DNA of 64,000 bases from a virus (lineage: Duplodnaviria > Caudoviricetes): positions 32,001-96,000 of IMG/VR virus record IMGVR_UViG_3300043466_001519; one strand, 5' to 3'. This document shows positions 9,841 to 19,196 of the stretch, one piece after another (position 1 is the first letter of the stretch; each line of letters starts with the position of its first letter). A program made the translations under genes and the position numbers. Below the pieces are notes generated by a model. That model searched no databases. It had not been told where the DNA came from and was given only the letters and a program-made list of their open reading frames with translations.

Positions 9841-11403
9841 ATGGCAATTCAAACTATCCCTGGGTTAACAGGTTTTACTTATGCTCGTGTTGCGTCTATG
9901 GACAAACGTGCAGTAGGAAAACTTACAGACTCAAATCACTTAGAGAGTTTTCACTCGACTGAGCCTGCAGATTATGATAAAAAGATTATCTCTTTATATA
10001 CTCAGAGCTCGTTGTACAGTAATGACTTCTTAGACATGATCAACAAAAGCACACCTTATTACATTGATAATAATAGTGATGCTTGGAAATGGCAAGTAGC
10101 TGTTCCTTACAAGTTCCCAAAAATTATTGACATTCCTTCTACCACACAAGATTTAATTACGTCTGGTAAAACAGGTATCGATGGTCAAGAATTCACTTTA
10201 GTATTAGATACTAATGAATTCTCTAAAAATGCTATCGTTTCTGTAGGTACACGTCAATATGGTCCTAGATTCTACGTAATCAAAGATCCTGTGCCTTGGA
10301 ACATGGGTTACTTATACACATTTACATTAGTAACTGACAACCCAGTTGTTGATTATGTAAATCCTATCTTTTTACAATATGGTGTTGAGTTAGAATTAGT
10401 TGACGCTGCTATTGGTGAGTTTGATCAAGATTTATTAGGATTACCAAGATTAGGTGAGCAAATCACTATGTTCGAATCTTTAGGTTCTGCATATGGATAT
10501 GAGCACAAAATTACTGAGTGGGCTGATGACAAAATGATGAGAGATGCTTCTGGTAAACCATTAGACATTTTAGTATATGCTCCACAAAGACGTAACCAAT
10601 TACCTTTAACTCGTAATGATGTTAAATGGGAACCGTTCATCGAATTCTGGATGCGTAAATCAATGTTAGAATTGAAAGTTAAACGTATGATTTGGGCTAA
10701 GCCTGGTACAGTTAAAACTAACGGTTCTAAACAAGAATTGAAACGTACATCTGCTGGTGTTTACCACAGAATGAGAAACAATGGTAACTTAGTACAATAC
10801 AACAGAGGTGAGTTCTCTGCTAACTTAATCCGTTCAGTATTTGGAGATTTATTCTACAGACGTGTGGATGTAAAAGATAGAAGTGTTAAAATGTATACTA
10901 ACGAGGCTGGTTTTGACGTGTTCCAACAAGCTTTGAAAAATGATGCATTAAACTCTGGATTAACTTTCATGGCAGATTCTGGAAACAGATATATGCAAGG
11001 TGAAGGACAACATATCACTTACAACTTTGCATTTGATGCAATGGTAACTCGTGAGACTGGTAGAGTTGAATTGATCCACTTAAAAGAATTAGATTTACCT
11101 CAAACTAACTTAGAGTTTGGACAAAACAAAAAATCTACTCCAGTATTTATGGTGTTTGATGTTTCTCCAATGTCTGATGGTTCAATGGTAAACAACATTA
11201 GAGAAGTGAGAATGAAAGGTGCTCCTTCTATGACATGGGGTTATATTGATGGTACTCGTCACCACTTAGGTTTTGCTAAATCTCAAGGTATGAGTTCTGC
11301 TAATAAATTCCCAGGATACGAAATCTGGATGAAAGACAGATGTGATGTATTTATTGAAGACTTATCTAGAACTGTGTTGATTGAGGAAATGCCACAATTC
11401 TAA
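9841..11403 (+). CDS. Major capsid protein (crAss-like, HK97 fold)
   Basis: 520 aa; position; strongly biased, highly expressed-type codons; W-x-W/V N-terminal and GYEIW..D..GVFIED-like C-terminal motifs as in crAss MCPs. Confidence 0.9.
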   Translation: MAIQTIPGLTGFTYARVASMDKRAVGKLTDSNHLESFHSTEPADYDKKIISLYTQSSLYSNDFLDMINKSTPYYIDNNSDAWKWQVAVPYKFPKIIDIPSTTQDLITSGKTGIDGQEFTLVLDTNEFSKNAIVSVGTRQYGPRFYVIKDPVPWNMGYLYTFTLVTDNPVVDYVNPIFLQYGVELELVDAAIGEFDQDLLGLPRLGEQITMFESLGSAYGYEHKITEWADDKMMRDASGKPLDILVYAPQRRNQLPLTRNDVKWEPFIEFWMRKSMLELKVKRMIWAKPGTVKTNGSKQELKRTSAGVYHRMRNNGNLVQYNRGEFSANLIRSVFGDLFYRRVDVKDRSVKMYTNEAGFDVFQQALKNDALNSGLTFMADSGNRYMQGEGQHITYNFAFDAMVTRETGRVELIHLKELDLPQTNLEFGQNKKSTPVFMVFDVSPMSDGSMVNNIREVRMKGAPSMTWGYIDGTRHHLGFAKSQGMSSANKFPGYEIWMKDRCDVFIEDLSRTVLIEEMPQF

Positions 11404-11415
11404 TAATAAAAATCC

Positions 11416-11463
11416 GAGAAGAATCCCCTCAACTCCTCTCCCTCCTACGAGGGGATGATTCTC
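11416..11463 (+). terminator. Stem-loop after MCP (GAGAA..ATCCCCTC...GAGGGGAT..TTCTC)
   Basis: Long inverted repeat starting 12 nt after the stop; no U-tract, so possibly an mRNA-stabilising hairpin. Confidence 0.55.
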
Positions 11464-11469
11464 AAACCT

Positions 11470-11634
11470 AAAGCAGAACAACATCTGGACAGCTTAACAG
11501 CAGGATTTAGTTTGGACAGCTTTAGTAATAGTGCCCAACTAAGCATTTGCCTTAGCTCTGCACTTTAAAAAAATAAACAAGAGTGTTTGATATGGATAGT
11601 ATCCAGGATCAAGTTCCTTCGATGGGACCACTCT
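11470..11634 (+). ncRNA. Candidate structured RNA ending in a 55-nt tRNA-like element (11580-11634)
   Basis: GCAGA/TCTGC closing stem, two TGGACAGCTT repeats, then an AGAGTG/CACTCT stem stacked on a GTTCC-TTCGAT-GGGAC arm. Confidence 0.4.
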
Positions 11635-11669
11635 ACAAATTAAACCAAATATTATTAAATAACTACATT

Positions 11670-12638
11670 ATGGGTAAAACAGGCAAAATTTCTACTATTA
11701 AGAGAGAATATAATAGTTCTCAGTTACAAACAATGGATAGTGGGTTAGCACAAAAAGGAATGACAAGAATCCCTGGAACAGGTGTATTCAAATATCCTTA
11801 TAAGGAATTAGATGGTAAGTATAGAACAGGACTTGATCCAGATGCTGCTTACATTAGACGTATCAAAGATGATACTGAAAGAGAACTTGAAGTTGAAAGA
11901 GTAACTGCTCTTAGAGCAAAACTTGAGAGTGAAATAGGTGATATTGACTTAGGACCACGTTCTAAATTTTGGAACTATGGATTGTCATTATCTCCAGATG
12001 ATCAAACTCACGTACAAGCAGTTAAATTAATGGATGGTGATAACTATTTTGATTTATCAAATGCTTTCCAAGAAATAGCCTTTTCATGGTTGAGAGTACA
12101 TCCAACTATTGCATCTTCTCACCAAGCATGGGAAAGAGGAGAATATCCAGCAGAAACACAGTTTTATGTTGTTGATGATGAGATTGAGAATGCAGTGATC
12201 TTCAAGAAAAAACAATTGATCAACAAAGCAATTGTTAAGTTTGATTCTATGACTCCTGAGAAGAAACGTAAAGTTGCAAGACTATTAGGTCTTCCAGTAT
12301 CAGAAGATTCAAAAGAAGAAGTGGTGTATAACTTAGTAGATAATGTATTGAAACAAACTGAATTCAAGAATGGTAAATATTCAGGATTAAATCCAGTTGA
12401 AGTGTTCAATAGATTTGCTGACATGAAAGAGAGTTTACTCCATATTAAAGATTTAGTAAAACAAGCTGTTGCACATTCTATCTACAGAATCAAACCTAAT
12501 GGTAAGGTTTATGAAGGAGAGTTTGAAATAGCTAAAGATGAAGAAGATTTAATTAAATTCCTTGCTGATGATGATAACCAAGATGAGTTATTAGTATTAG
12601 AAGGCAAATTAAAAACTAAAAAACTAGCTTCTATTTAA
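11670..12638 (+). CDS. Conserved crAss-like virion protein after MCP (start corrected to 11670, MGKTGKIST)
   Basis: AACTACATT-ATG leader; conserved synteny after MCP. Confidence 0.75.
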   Translation: MGKTGKISTIKREYNSSQLQTMDSGLAQKGMTRIPGTGVFKYPYKELDGKYRTGLDPDAAYIRRIKDDTERELEVERVTALRAKLESEIGDIDLGPRSKFWNYGLSLSPDDQTHVQAVKLMDGDNYFDLSNAFQEIAFSWLRVHPTIASSHQAWERGEYPAETQFYVVDDEIENAVIFKKKQLINKAIVKFDSMTPEKKRKVARLLGLPVSEDSKEEVVYNLVDNVLKQTEFKNGKYSGLNPVEVFNRFADMKESLLHIKDLVKQAVAHSIYRIKPNGKVYEGEFEIAKDEEDLIKFLADDDNQDELLVLEGKLKTKKLASI

Positions 12639-12650
12639 GAGGCTAGTTTT
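12620..12650 (+). terminator. Intrinsic terminator-like hairpin AAAACTAGCTTCT-ATTTA-AGAGGCTAGTTTT
   Basis: Inverted repeat over the stop codon, ending in a T-run. Confidence 0.6.
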
Positions 12651-12666
12651 ATAAATATAAAAGAAT

Positions 12667-13398
12667 ATGATACCAGTAGATAGTTTATTATATAAGATCG
12701 ATCAGAAACTAAATAAGCTATCAACTAATGAGCACCAACAGATTCAATTAGAAGACAAAATCTTAGCTTTGAATGAGGCTCAGATCAAGTTGATAAAACA
12801 AAAAGTTGATGGTCTTAGTGTTACTAGTGGATTAGGGATGGATTCGTTTAAGAAACGTTATGAAGACTTACAAAGTCTTATAATGAATTATAATCACCAA
12901 CCTCTAGATCTTGTATTAAAGAATCCTGAAATAAATCAATGGTGTACGTATGTACACAATCTTGAGCCACAATATATGTTCTATATAGATTCATATGTTT
13001 TAGCAGATAAAGGAAGATGTAAGAATAGAAAGATTTGGATTAATCGAGATCTTGCAAAACATGGTGATCTTCAGTTCATTATGAATAACGATCATTACAA
13101 ACCAAGTTTTGAATACCAAGAAACATTCAACTCTTTATCATCAGATGAGATAAGTTATTTTACAGATGGTACATTCACACCAACAAAAGTTTACATAATG
13201 TACATGAGATATCCTCAATATATAAATAAGACAGGATATATAATGTTAGATGGAACACCATCATTTGATCAAGATTGTGAACTTGAATTATATTTAGAAG
13301 ATGAATTGTTAGACTTAACAGTACAAAATCTAGCAATGTATACTGAAAATGCTTCTGCAGCTCAGAGTGCTCAATTCAGAATACAAACAAACGAATAA
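12667..13398 (+). CDS. Head-tail ring/connector protein (crAss-like)
   Basis: LNEAQ, YMRYP and DCELELYL...LTV motifs; synteny. Confidence 0.7.
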   Translation: MIPVDSLLYKIDQKLNKLSTNEHQQIQLEDKILALNEAQIKLIKQKVDGLSVTSGLGMDSFKKRYEDLQSLIMNYNHQPLDLVLKNPEINQWCTYVHNLEPQYMFYIDSYVLADKGRCKNRKIWINRDLAKHGDLQFIMNNDHYKPSFEYQETFNSLSSDEISYFTDGTFTPTKVYIMYMRYPQYINKTGYIMLDGTPSFDQDCELELYLEDELLDLTVQNLAMYTENASAAQSAQFRIQTNE

Positions 13399-13426
13399 AC
13401 TTTATTAACATTTAAAATAAATAAAA

Positions 13427-14617
13427 ATGGCTGATTTTTCATTAACCACGTTATTCGTGGTTCCAGTAGGGCAAACTGCTGTCCCTAGCTCTGGCTCAAC
13501 ACAAGACCTTACTGCAGGTACTGTGGGAATCTTTAACAATTTGTATGCTACTGTAAATGCTACCACTATTAAAAGTGCTCCGTATTTTTACATTGCACAA
13601 GGTAGAACAAACACTTATTTACAAGGATCTAAAAGATCTGATAAGATTGGTGTTCAAACAACTGCATTAACAGGTAATGTTCAAACAATTTCAACAAAAA
13701 ATTCTAATGTAACAGAATGGTACAAAGTAACAGGATGTCCAACTGCGGCAAACCAAATTACTGATGTAACTGATTTCACTGTACAATGTGGAGAAGTTAT
13801 CACGTTAACTTTACGTGCTCACTCTTCTTATATTGATACATTATATTTCAATGGTTTCACTCGTTCAGTAACTGTTCAGGCTCCATGTTGTAATTGTGAT
13901 GACAATCCATGTGATGATGTAAGTGCTAACACTATCATCAATGACTTGATCTATCAATTAAACTTGAAAGCTCCAGGAAACAACCCTGACAACATTTCTT
14001 TCTCTACATTCTATACATTTGAAAATGTAGGTGGAACTATCTTACGTATTACAGGAAAACCATTAACTAAATATGGACAACCTTGTGATATCGCAGCGTT
14101 CCCTTTTGAATATGATAGAATGTCTTTTAGAACTTTTGTTTATTCTGGTCCAGCTACAACTGCTGACTTTATTGTAGCAGATGCTTGTAACTTTGTTGCT
14201 CAACCAATCATTACTCAACGTGCTTCTTATGCTACTGGTACATCTGCAGAAATTGCTCAATTAGAGAAAAACTTCTACAGTTACCAAGCTGGTTACTTGA
14301 AACATTTATATAGAATGAATGGTTACAACGAGAACTTTGAGTCTTGGGTATCTGATGGTGCTACTTATAACACTTTCTATATTAGATTTAACGAGTATAA
14401 CAGATCTGAGTACCAATGGGGTGATTATATCATGGAAGATTCTACAGTGATTCTTGCTGTACCTCAAGGTGGTAATGATCTTACAGATGAGTTCCAAGCT
14501 ATCTTAGAAGGTGCTTTAGGTGCTGTTGTTGATAACAATGCTTGTATCACAACTACAACAACTACTTCTAGTGCTCCTGCATCTACAACAACTACTACTT
14601 CTACTCTTATTCCTTAA
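13427..14617 (+). CDS. Abundant structural protein (auxiliary capsid-like) with C-terminal Thr-rich tail
   Basis: MCP-like codon bias; ends CITTTTTTSSAPASTTTTTSTLIP. Confidence 0.7.
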   Translation: MADFSLTTLFVVPVGQTAVPSSGSTQDLTAGTVGIFNNLYATVNATTIKSAPYFYIAQGRTNTYLQGSKRSDKIGVQTTALTGNVQTISTKNSNVTEWYKVTGCPTAANQITDVTDFTVQCGEVITLTLRAHSSYIDTLYFNGFTRSVTVQAPCCNCDDNPCDDVSANTIINDLIYQLNLKAPGNNPDNISFSTFYTFENVGGTILRITGKPLTKYGQPCDIAAFPFEYDRMSFRTFVYSGPATTADFIVADACNFVAQPIITQRASYATGTSAEIAQLEKNFYSYQAGYLKHLYRMNGYNENFESWVSDGATYNTFYIRFNEYNRSEYQWGDYIMEDSTVILAVPQGGNDLTDEFQAILEGALGAVVDNNACITTTTTTSSAPASTTTTTSTLIP

Positions 14618-14650
14618 GAATAAAAGAAGAGAGTAAATTAATAATAACCT

Positions 14651-14696
14651 ATGCCAGGGGATAGAGGATAACTCACATCCTCTGGCATATTTATTT
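14651..14696 (+). terminator. Hairpin ATGCCAGGGGAT...ATCCTCTGGCAT followed by ATTTATTT
   Basis: 12-bp stem with one G-U pair, after a highly expressed gene. Confidence 0.7.
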
Positions 14697-14705
14697 AAAA
14701 ACAAC

Positions 14706-15269
14706 ATGGCAAACTTACAATTAGATATATTAGTAGTTCCTACTTATAGTGTACTTACACTTGGTGTTGCAGATGCTTCTGTATATCCTACCAATCCTCC
14801 AGTGGTTTCTGCACCATCTATTGAGATTGACATTCCTGGATTTGGAACCAAAATATTACCTTTTGTTCCTAATGAAATCAATGTATTTACATCATCTAAT
14901 TTAGGAATAACAGATCCTGGTTGCAATCAAGCTCTTCCTGATGGAATATATAGAATTAAATATTCCGTTGCTCCTGCATATGCAAATTATGTAGAGAAGA
15001 CAATTTTACGTGTTGATAAACTTCAAGAAAAGTTTGATACTGCATTTCTTCAATTAAATATGATGGAATGTGACAGAGCACTTAAAACACAATCTAGTGT
15101 ACAATTAAATACAATCAACTTCTTTATTCAAGGAGCTATTGCAGCAGCTAATAACTGTGCAGAATATGAATCAAACACATTATATGCTCAAGCAGATAAT
15201 ATGTTAAACAACTTTTTAAAATCCAACTGTGGTTGTTCTGGTAACAACTACCTAATAAACTTTTATTAA
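14706..15269 (+). CDS. Putative tail/neck structural protein
   Basis: 187 aa; LPDGIYRIKY motif; C-terminal CGC. Confidence 0.6.
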   Translation: MANLQLDILVVPTYSVLTLGVADASVYPTNPPVVSAPSIEIDIPGFGTKILPFVPNEINVFTSSNLGITDPGCNQALPDGIYRIKYSVAPAYANYVEKTILRVDKLQEKFDTAFLQLNMMECDRALKTQSSVQLNTINFFIQGAIAAANNCAEYESNTLYAQADNMLNNFLKSNCGCSGNNYLINFY

Positions 15270-15271
15270 TT

Positions 15272-15367
15272 ATGGCACAATGTACTTCATGCGGAGCTAG
15301 AGTGGGATGTGGATGTCAATTAACCAATGGGTTATGTGGACAATGTGCATCTAAAGTTGAAAAATAA
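15272..15367 (+). CDS. 31-aa Cys-rich microprotein MAQCTSCGARVGCGCQLTNGLCGQCASKVEK
   Basis: Manual translation; fills the gap between two genes; CxxC-CxC-CxxC. Confidence 0.7.
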   Translation: MAQCTSCGARVGCGCQLTNGLCGQCASKVEK

Positions 15368-15378
15368 AAAACCTGATT

Positions 15379-15741
15379 ATGTTATCACCAAGACTAACTA
15401 ATTGTCCAGAATGTGCAAACATTCCTTCTTTAATTAAGAAAATAGATTGCAAGTTGGCAGAACTTGGCAACAACTTATACAACAATATTTCATATATGTT
15501 GAATAAATCTGTGCCTTCTAATGACATACTTCAACTAATTGGATATAGAAGAATTCTTATGTACAAATATTACAATCCTAATTATGTACATACCTACTCT
15601 GTACAAATGATTGCTAGTAGAGTAATTCGTCTTACATCGGGATGTGTTAGTAAATGTAATGAACCAGAACGTTGTTTAGAAGAACCTTGTGACATAATTA
15701 TTGTACAAAATCCAACTACTACCACCACAACAACAGTTTAA
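15379..15741 (+). CDS. Cys-containing structural protein with C-terminal T7 tail
   Basis: Ends QNPTTTTTTTV. Confidence 0.7.
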   Translation: MLSPRLTNCPECANIPSLIKKIDCKLAELGNNLYNNISYMLNKSVPSNDILQLIGYRRILMYKYYNPNYVHTYSVQMIASRVIRLTSGCVSKCNEPERCLEEPCDIIIVQNPTTTTTTTV

Positions 15742-15761
15742 ACTTTTTAAAATAAAATAAT

Positions 15762-16901
15762 ATGTCCAATTGCTCAAATTGTTATAACGGATGTACAGAG
15801 ATTGTCTCTGACAGATGTGTTAAATATACAGGAATTGATGTTCCTGTCTTAGGAATTCAAACTGGTGATTCTCTATCTTTTGTAGAACAAGCATTAATTA
15901 CGTTTCTTACATCTACATTAGATGGTACAGGAATTATACTAGATATTAACTCATCAATTATTTGTGATGTAGTGAAACAATATCTTCCAACATGTAAAGA
16001 TATTAATGTATTAGATCTTTCTATTGCTTTAATTAAAGCTACATGTAAATTACAGGAAGAATTAGATTTATTAGATGAAGCTATTGATGTTATAGAAGCT
16101 CCTTACACAACAAATTGTTTAGCAGGAGTTACCTCATCTTCTGGTACACATTCTATATTACAAGTTACAATTAATACATTGTGTACATTAAAAACAGATT
16201 TTAATGGACTTCTACTTAATTTACCTAATACATATGTGCAGATAGATGATCTAGATGCTTTAATTCAAGATTACATAGATGCGTCTGGTCAAACTACATT
16301 AATCAAAAACAGAATGGTTCCTTATGCTGCTGTTCCTTATTATGGTCCAATAACATATTTTAATGGATCTGGAGCTGGTACAGGAGATTGGATTAATATT
16401 TATTTATGTAATGGTAACAATGGTACTCCTGATTTAAGAGGTAGAACATTAGTTGGTGTTACAGATGGTACAATGTTAGGAGGAACAATGGCAGCAGCAG
16501 TTGATCCTACTATTGCAGGTAATCCTAATTATTCTATAGGAACTGTTACAGGAGCAAATCAAATTGTATTAAATGATAATCAAATTCCTTCACATACACA
16601 TACTATTACAAATGCTGTAACAGTTACAGATGATGGACATAGACATAAATTTTCTGATGATTCTACTAATCCTACAAATACTTTAAGATCTACAAATGAT
16701 ATTATTCCTTTTGTAACAACTCCTTCTAGTGCAATAATCAGTGGAACTGGTACAGGAAGTGGTCAAATTTATGAAACATCTAACGAAGAAACAGGTGTAA
16801 CTGTAAGTGTGAGTTCTAGTGCTGCACCATTTGGTGGAGGTTTAGCTCACTCAAATATTCAACCATCAATTGGTTGTCGTTATATTATTTATATTCCTTA
16901 A
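15762..16901 (+). CDS. Tail fibre protein with tail-collar-like domain
   Basis: YLCNGNNGTPDLRGRTLVG, QIPSHTH and HSNIQPSIGCRYII are typical collar/short-fibre motifs. Confidence 0.8.
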   Translation: MSNCSNCYNGCTEIVSDRCVKYTGIDVPVLGIQTGDSLSFVEQALITFLTSTLDGTGIILDINSSIICDVVKQYLPTCKDINVLDLSIALIKATCKLQEELDLLDEAIDVIEAPYTTNCLAGVTSSSGTHSILQVTINTLCTLKTDFNGLLLNLPNTYVQIDDLDALIQDYIDASGQTTLIKNRMVPYAAVPYYGPITYFNGSGAGTGDWINIYLCNGNNGTPDLRGRTLVGVTDGTMLGGTMAAAVDPTIAGNPNYSIGTVTGANQIVLNDNQIPSHTHTITNAVTVTDDGHRHKFSDDSTNPTNTLRSTNDIIPFVTTPSSAIISGTGTGSGQIYETSNEETGVTVSVSSSAAPFGGGLAHSNIQPSIGCRYIIYIP

Positions 16902-16913
16902 CAACTTATCAAA

Positions 16914-18062
16914 ATGGCATATCCTTTTTTACCAGTTAATCCTTGCTGCACAGATGTAGTTTTAAATGATCCTTGTGGATGTAGTTCTACAATCACTAAT
17001 AATGGTTGTAACAACAACAATCCATGTTCAACACATTTAACTATATCTAGTACTATTGTTTATGATGGTCCTGAATTACCATGTATAGTGGCTGAACCAT
17101 GTGATACACTTAATGTAGTGTTACAAAAGATAGATGAGATTATTTGTAATTTGATAACGCAGATAAATTATCTAACTAACCAAGTTACAAACATCACTAA
17201 TCAAGTGATTAACATTAATGGTGATATAATTAATATATACAATACATTAGGTCAATGTTGTTCTGCAACTACTACTAGTACATCCACTACAATACGTATT
17301 TGTGAAAACTTCTCTTTAGATAATACAGGAGATGATCCTGTAGCTATAATCATTACTGATTGTACTACACAAGAACAAGAAGCTATAGTGTTATTGCCAG
17401 GAGATACAAATATTTGTGTTGTAACAAATAGTCCTTTAACTGTTCCAGGTACAGTGATTGTTACACCAAACGGTCCTTGTACTCCTTCAACAACTACCAC
17501 TACATCATCTTCTACCACTAGTACAACTTCAACTAGTTCTACAACCACTACAACTACAACAGCAATTCCTTGTGAATGTTTAACTTTATATAATGCAGAT
17601 AATATAACACGTGGTTATAGATTTACAGATTGTAATGGTGTTGTAAGTTCAGCTCTTGATATTCTTTCTAAAGAAACTATAAATGTATGTGGATGCTGTG
17701 TATTAACTGATGACCCTTTAGTTACTGTAACAATAGGAGCTAATTGTATTGATAACCAATGTCCAACTACTACCACTACTACCACTGCAGAAGTATCTTG
17801 TATAGAAATATCAATTGATGTTAGTACAAATTGTCCAGATCAAGATTATGCATTAGTTCAATATACAGATTGTGAAGGAAATGTTCAAACGGTTGAAACT
17901 GATTCAGGTGAATTACTTACATTCTGTATGTTAAATTATCCACCTCCTGTATATTTATGTGGAACTGGAGGCTTTCAATATGGTGAAGTTTGTGCATTAA
18001 CAACTACTACCACAACTACAATTCCGCTAACTACTACTACTACTACTACTAATATAACATAA
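16914..18062 (+). CDS. Fibre-like Cys/Thr-rich protein with repeated YTDCxG modules
   Basis: N-terminal YDGPELPC anchor, coiled coil, three Cys modules separated by Thr/Ser tracts. Confidence 0.7.
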   Translation: MAYPFLPVNPCCTDVVLNDPCGCSSTITNNGCNNNNPCSTHLTISSTIVYDGPELPCIVAEPCDTLNVVLQKIDEIICNLITQINYLTNQVTNITNQVININGDIINIYNTLGQCCSATTTSTSTTIRICENFSLDNTGDDPVAIIITDCTTQEQEAIVLLPGDTNICVVTNSPLTVPGTVIVTPNGPCTPSTTTTTSSSTTSTTSTSSTTTTTTTAIPCECLTLYNADNITRGYRFTDCNGVVSSALDILSKETINVCGCCVLTDDPLVTVTIGANCIDNQCPTTTTTTTAEVSCIEISIDVSTNCPDQDYALVQYTDCEGNVQTVETDSGELLTFCMLNYPPPVYLCGTGGFQYGEVCALTTTTTTTIPLTTTTTTTNIT

Positions 18063-18072
18063 ACATTAAGTA

Positions 18073-18840
18073 ATGGCAAATTGCTCTCAAATAAATAATA
18101 CAACTATAAAAGGAACGAGTGCTGTCAAATATGATAGCACTCCACTTCCTTGTACAGATGTAAGTACATGTGATGGGTTAAATGATATTCTTAGTAAGTT
18201 TGATGCTGTTATATGTGATGTTAAAACTAGTGTTGATTCTATTACAGAAGATGTGATAAATCTTACAGAAGACATAATGATTATAACAGAAGATGTAATC
18301 AATATAAATAATCAATTAGAGATATGTTGTCCTACCACAACTACAACAACAACATTACCTCCAACAACTACCACTACCACTACGTTACCTGTAACTACAA
18401 CTACAACTAGTAGCAGTAGTTCAACTACTACCACTACTTCTTCTTCTACAAGTACATCAACTAGTACGACTAGTAGCACATCTACAAGTACATCTACTAG
18501 TACATCAACAACCACTAGTACAACTACTACATTGACTCCAACAACCACTACCACTACAACTACTAGTGGTCTAATGCAAGGTTCAATATCAAGTACATCT
18601 CATCCAACAGATGCTTGTAGTTCAACTTTAGATACTGGATGTTGGATTTCTAATACTGGAGGTTTTCCTGGTAGTGAAGTAATTACAGTAAGTAGTGTTG
18701 TTTATACAAATCCTGGAGGAACAATTCCATTTGCAGGTGATGGTGACTTTTATCATGTAGAAATTGATTTTAGTCCAGTTTCTACAAATTGTCAAATTAA
18801 TTCAACTGGAAACGTTGTTTCTGCAATAGACCTATGTTAG
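18073..18840 (+). CDS. Fibre-like protein with a ~78-residue mucin-like Pro/Thr/Ser stalk
   Basis: Anchor domain, coiled coil, CCP followed by a long Thr/Ser tract, small C-terminal domain. Confidence 0.75.
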   Translation: MANCSQINNTTIKGTSAVKYDSTPLPCTDVSTCDGLNDILSKFDAVICDVKTSVDSITEDVINLTEDIMIITEDVININNQLEICCPTTTTTTTLPPTTTTTTTLPVTTTTTSSSSSTTTTTSSSTSTSTSTTSSTSTSTSTSTSTTTSTTTTLTPTTTTTTTTSGLMQGSISSTSHPTDACSSTLDTGCWISNTGGFPGSEVITVSSVVYTNPGGTIPFAGDGDFYHVEIDFSPVSTNCQINSTGNVVSAIDLC

Positions 18841-18870
18841 TTTAAATAATAATTTAAAAATCAATAACTT

Positions 18871-19155
18871 ATGACAGTATTAATAACATTAACAACCGCT
18901 GGAACTGATTCAGGACCATTTGATTTATATTCAAACTTAGATGGCTATTCATCAGCTTTTGAATCAGGAGTCTCTAAAGCATCCTTGCTTGCAGGATATG
19001 CTTCTGCTCTTGTTCCTGATTATACAACAACCGTTAGAATAAAATCAAATGGGACGTGTGTGAATTATGTAGATATTGTATTAGAAAATACAACTACTAC
19101 TACTACAACAGTTGCACCAAGTACTACAACTACTACCACCACTATAGTACCTTAA
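18871..19155 (+). CDS. Small beta-rich structural protein with two T7 tracts
   Basis: GPFDLYSN...VRIKSNGTC domain, paralogous to the N-terminus of 28071..28937. Confidence 0.7.
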   Translation: MTVLITLTTAGTDSGPFDLYSNLDGYSSAFESGVSKASLLAGYASALVPDYTTTVRIKSNGTCVNYVDIVLENTTTTTTTVAPSTTTTTTTIVP

Positions 19156-19196
19156 CAAAAATATAAAAACTTTGTTTTGTTGGTTTTACAAAGTTT

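Noticed and set aside
11580-11640. Bona fide tRNA gene
   Set aside because: Too short, with no D-arm, proper anticodon loop or CCA; kept only as a tRNA-like element.
11583-11669. N-terminal extension of the 351-aa ORF
   Set aside because: It overlaps a structured RNA element; the ATG at 11670 has the AACTACAT leader and an A-rich context.
17252-18554. Minus-strand poly-Val ORFs (17252..17548, 18312..18554, also 27222..27467)
   Set aside because: They are antisense shadows of the poly-Thr codons in real plus-strand genes.
18330-18570. CRISPR array, DGR or DNA microsatellite in the ACN-rich repeats
   Set aside because: No repeat-spacer periodicity and no reverse transcriptase or TR/VR pair seen; synonymous codons are mixed, so the repeat is at the protein level.
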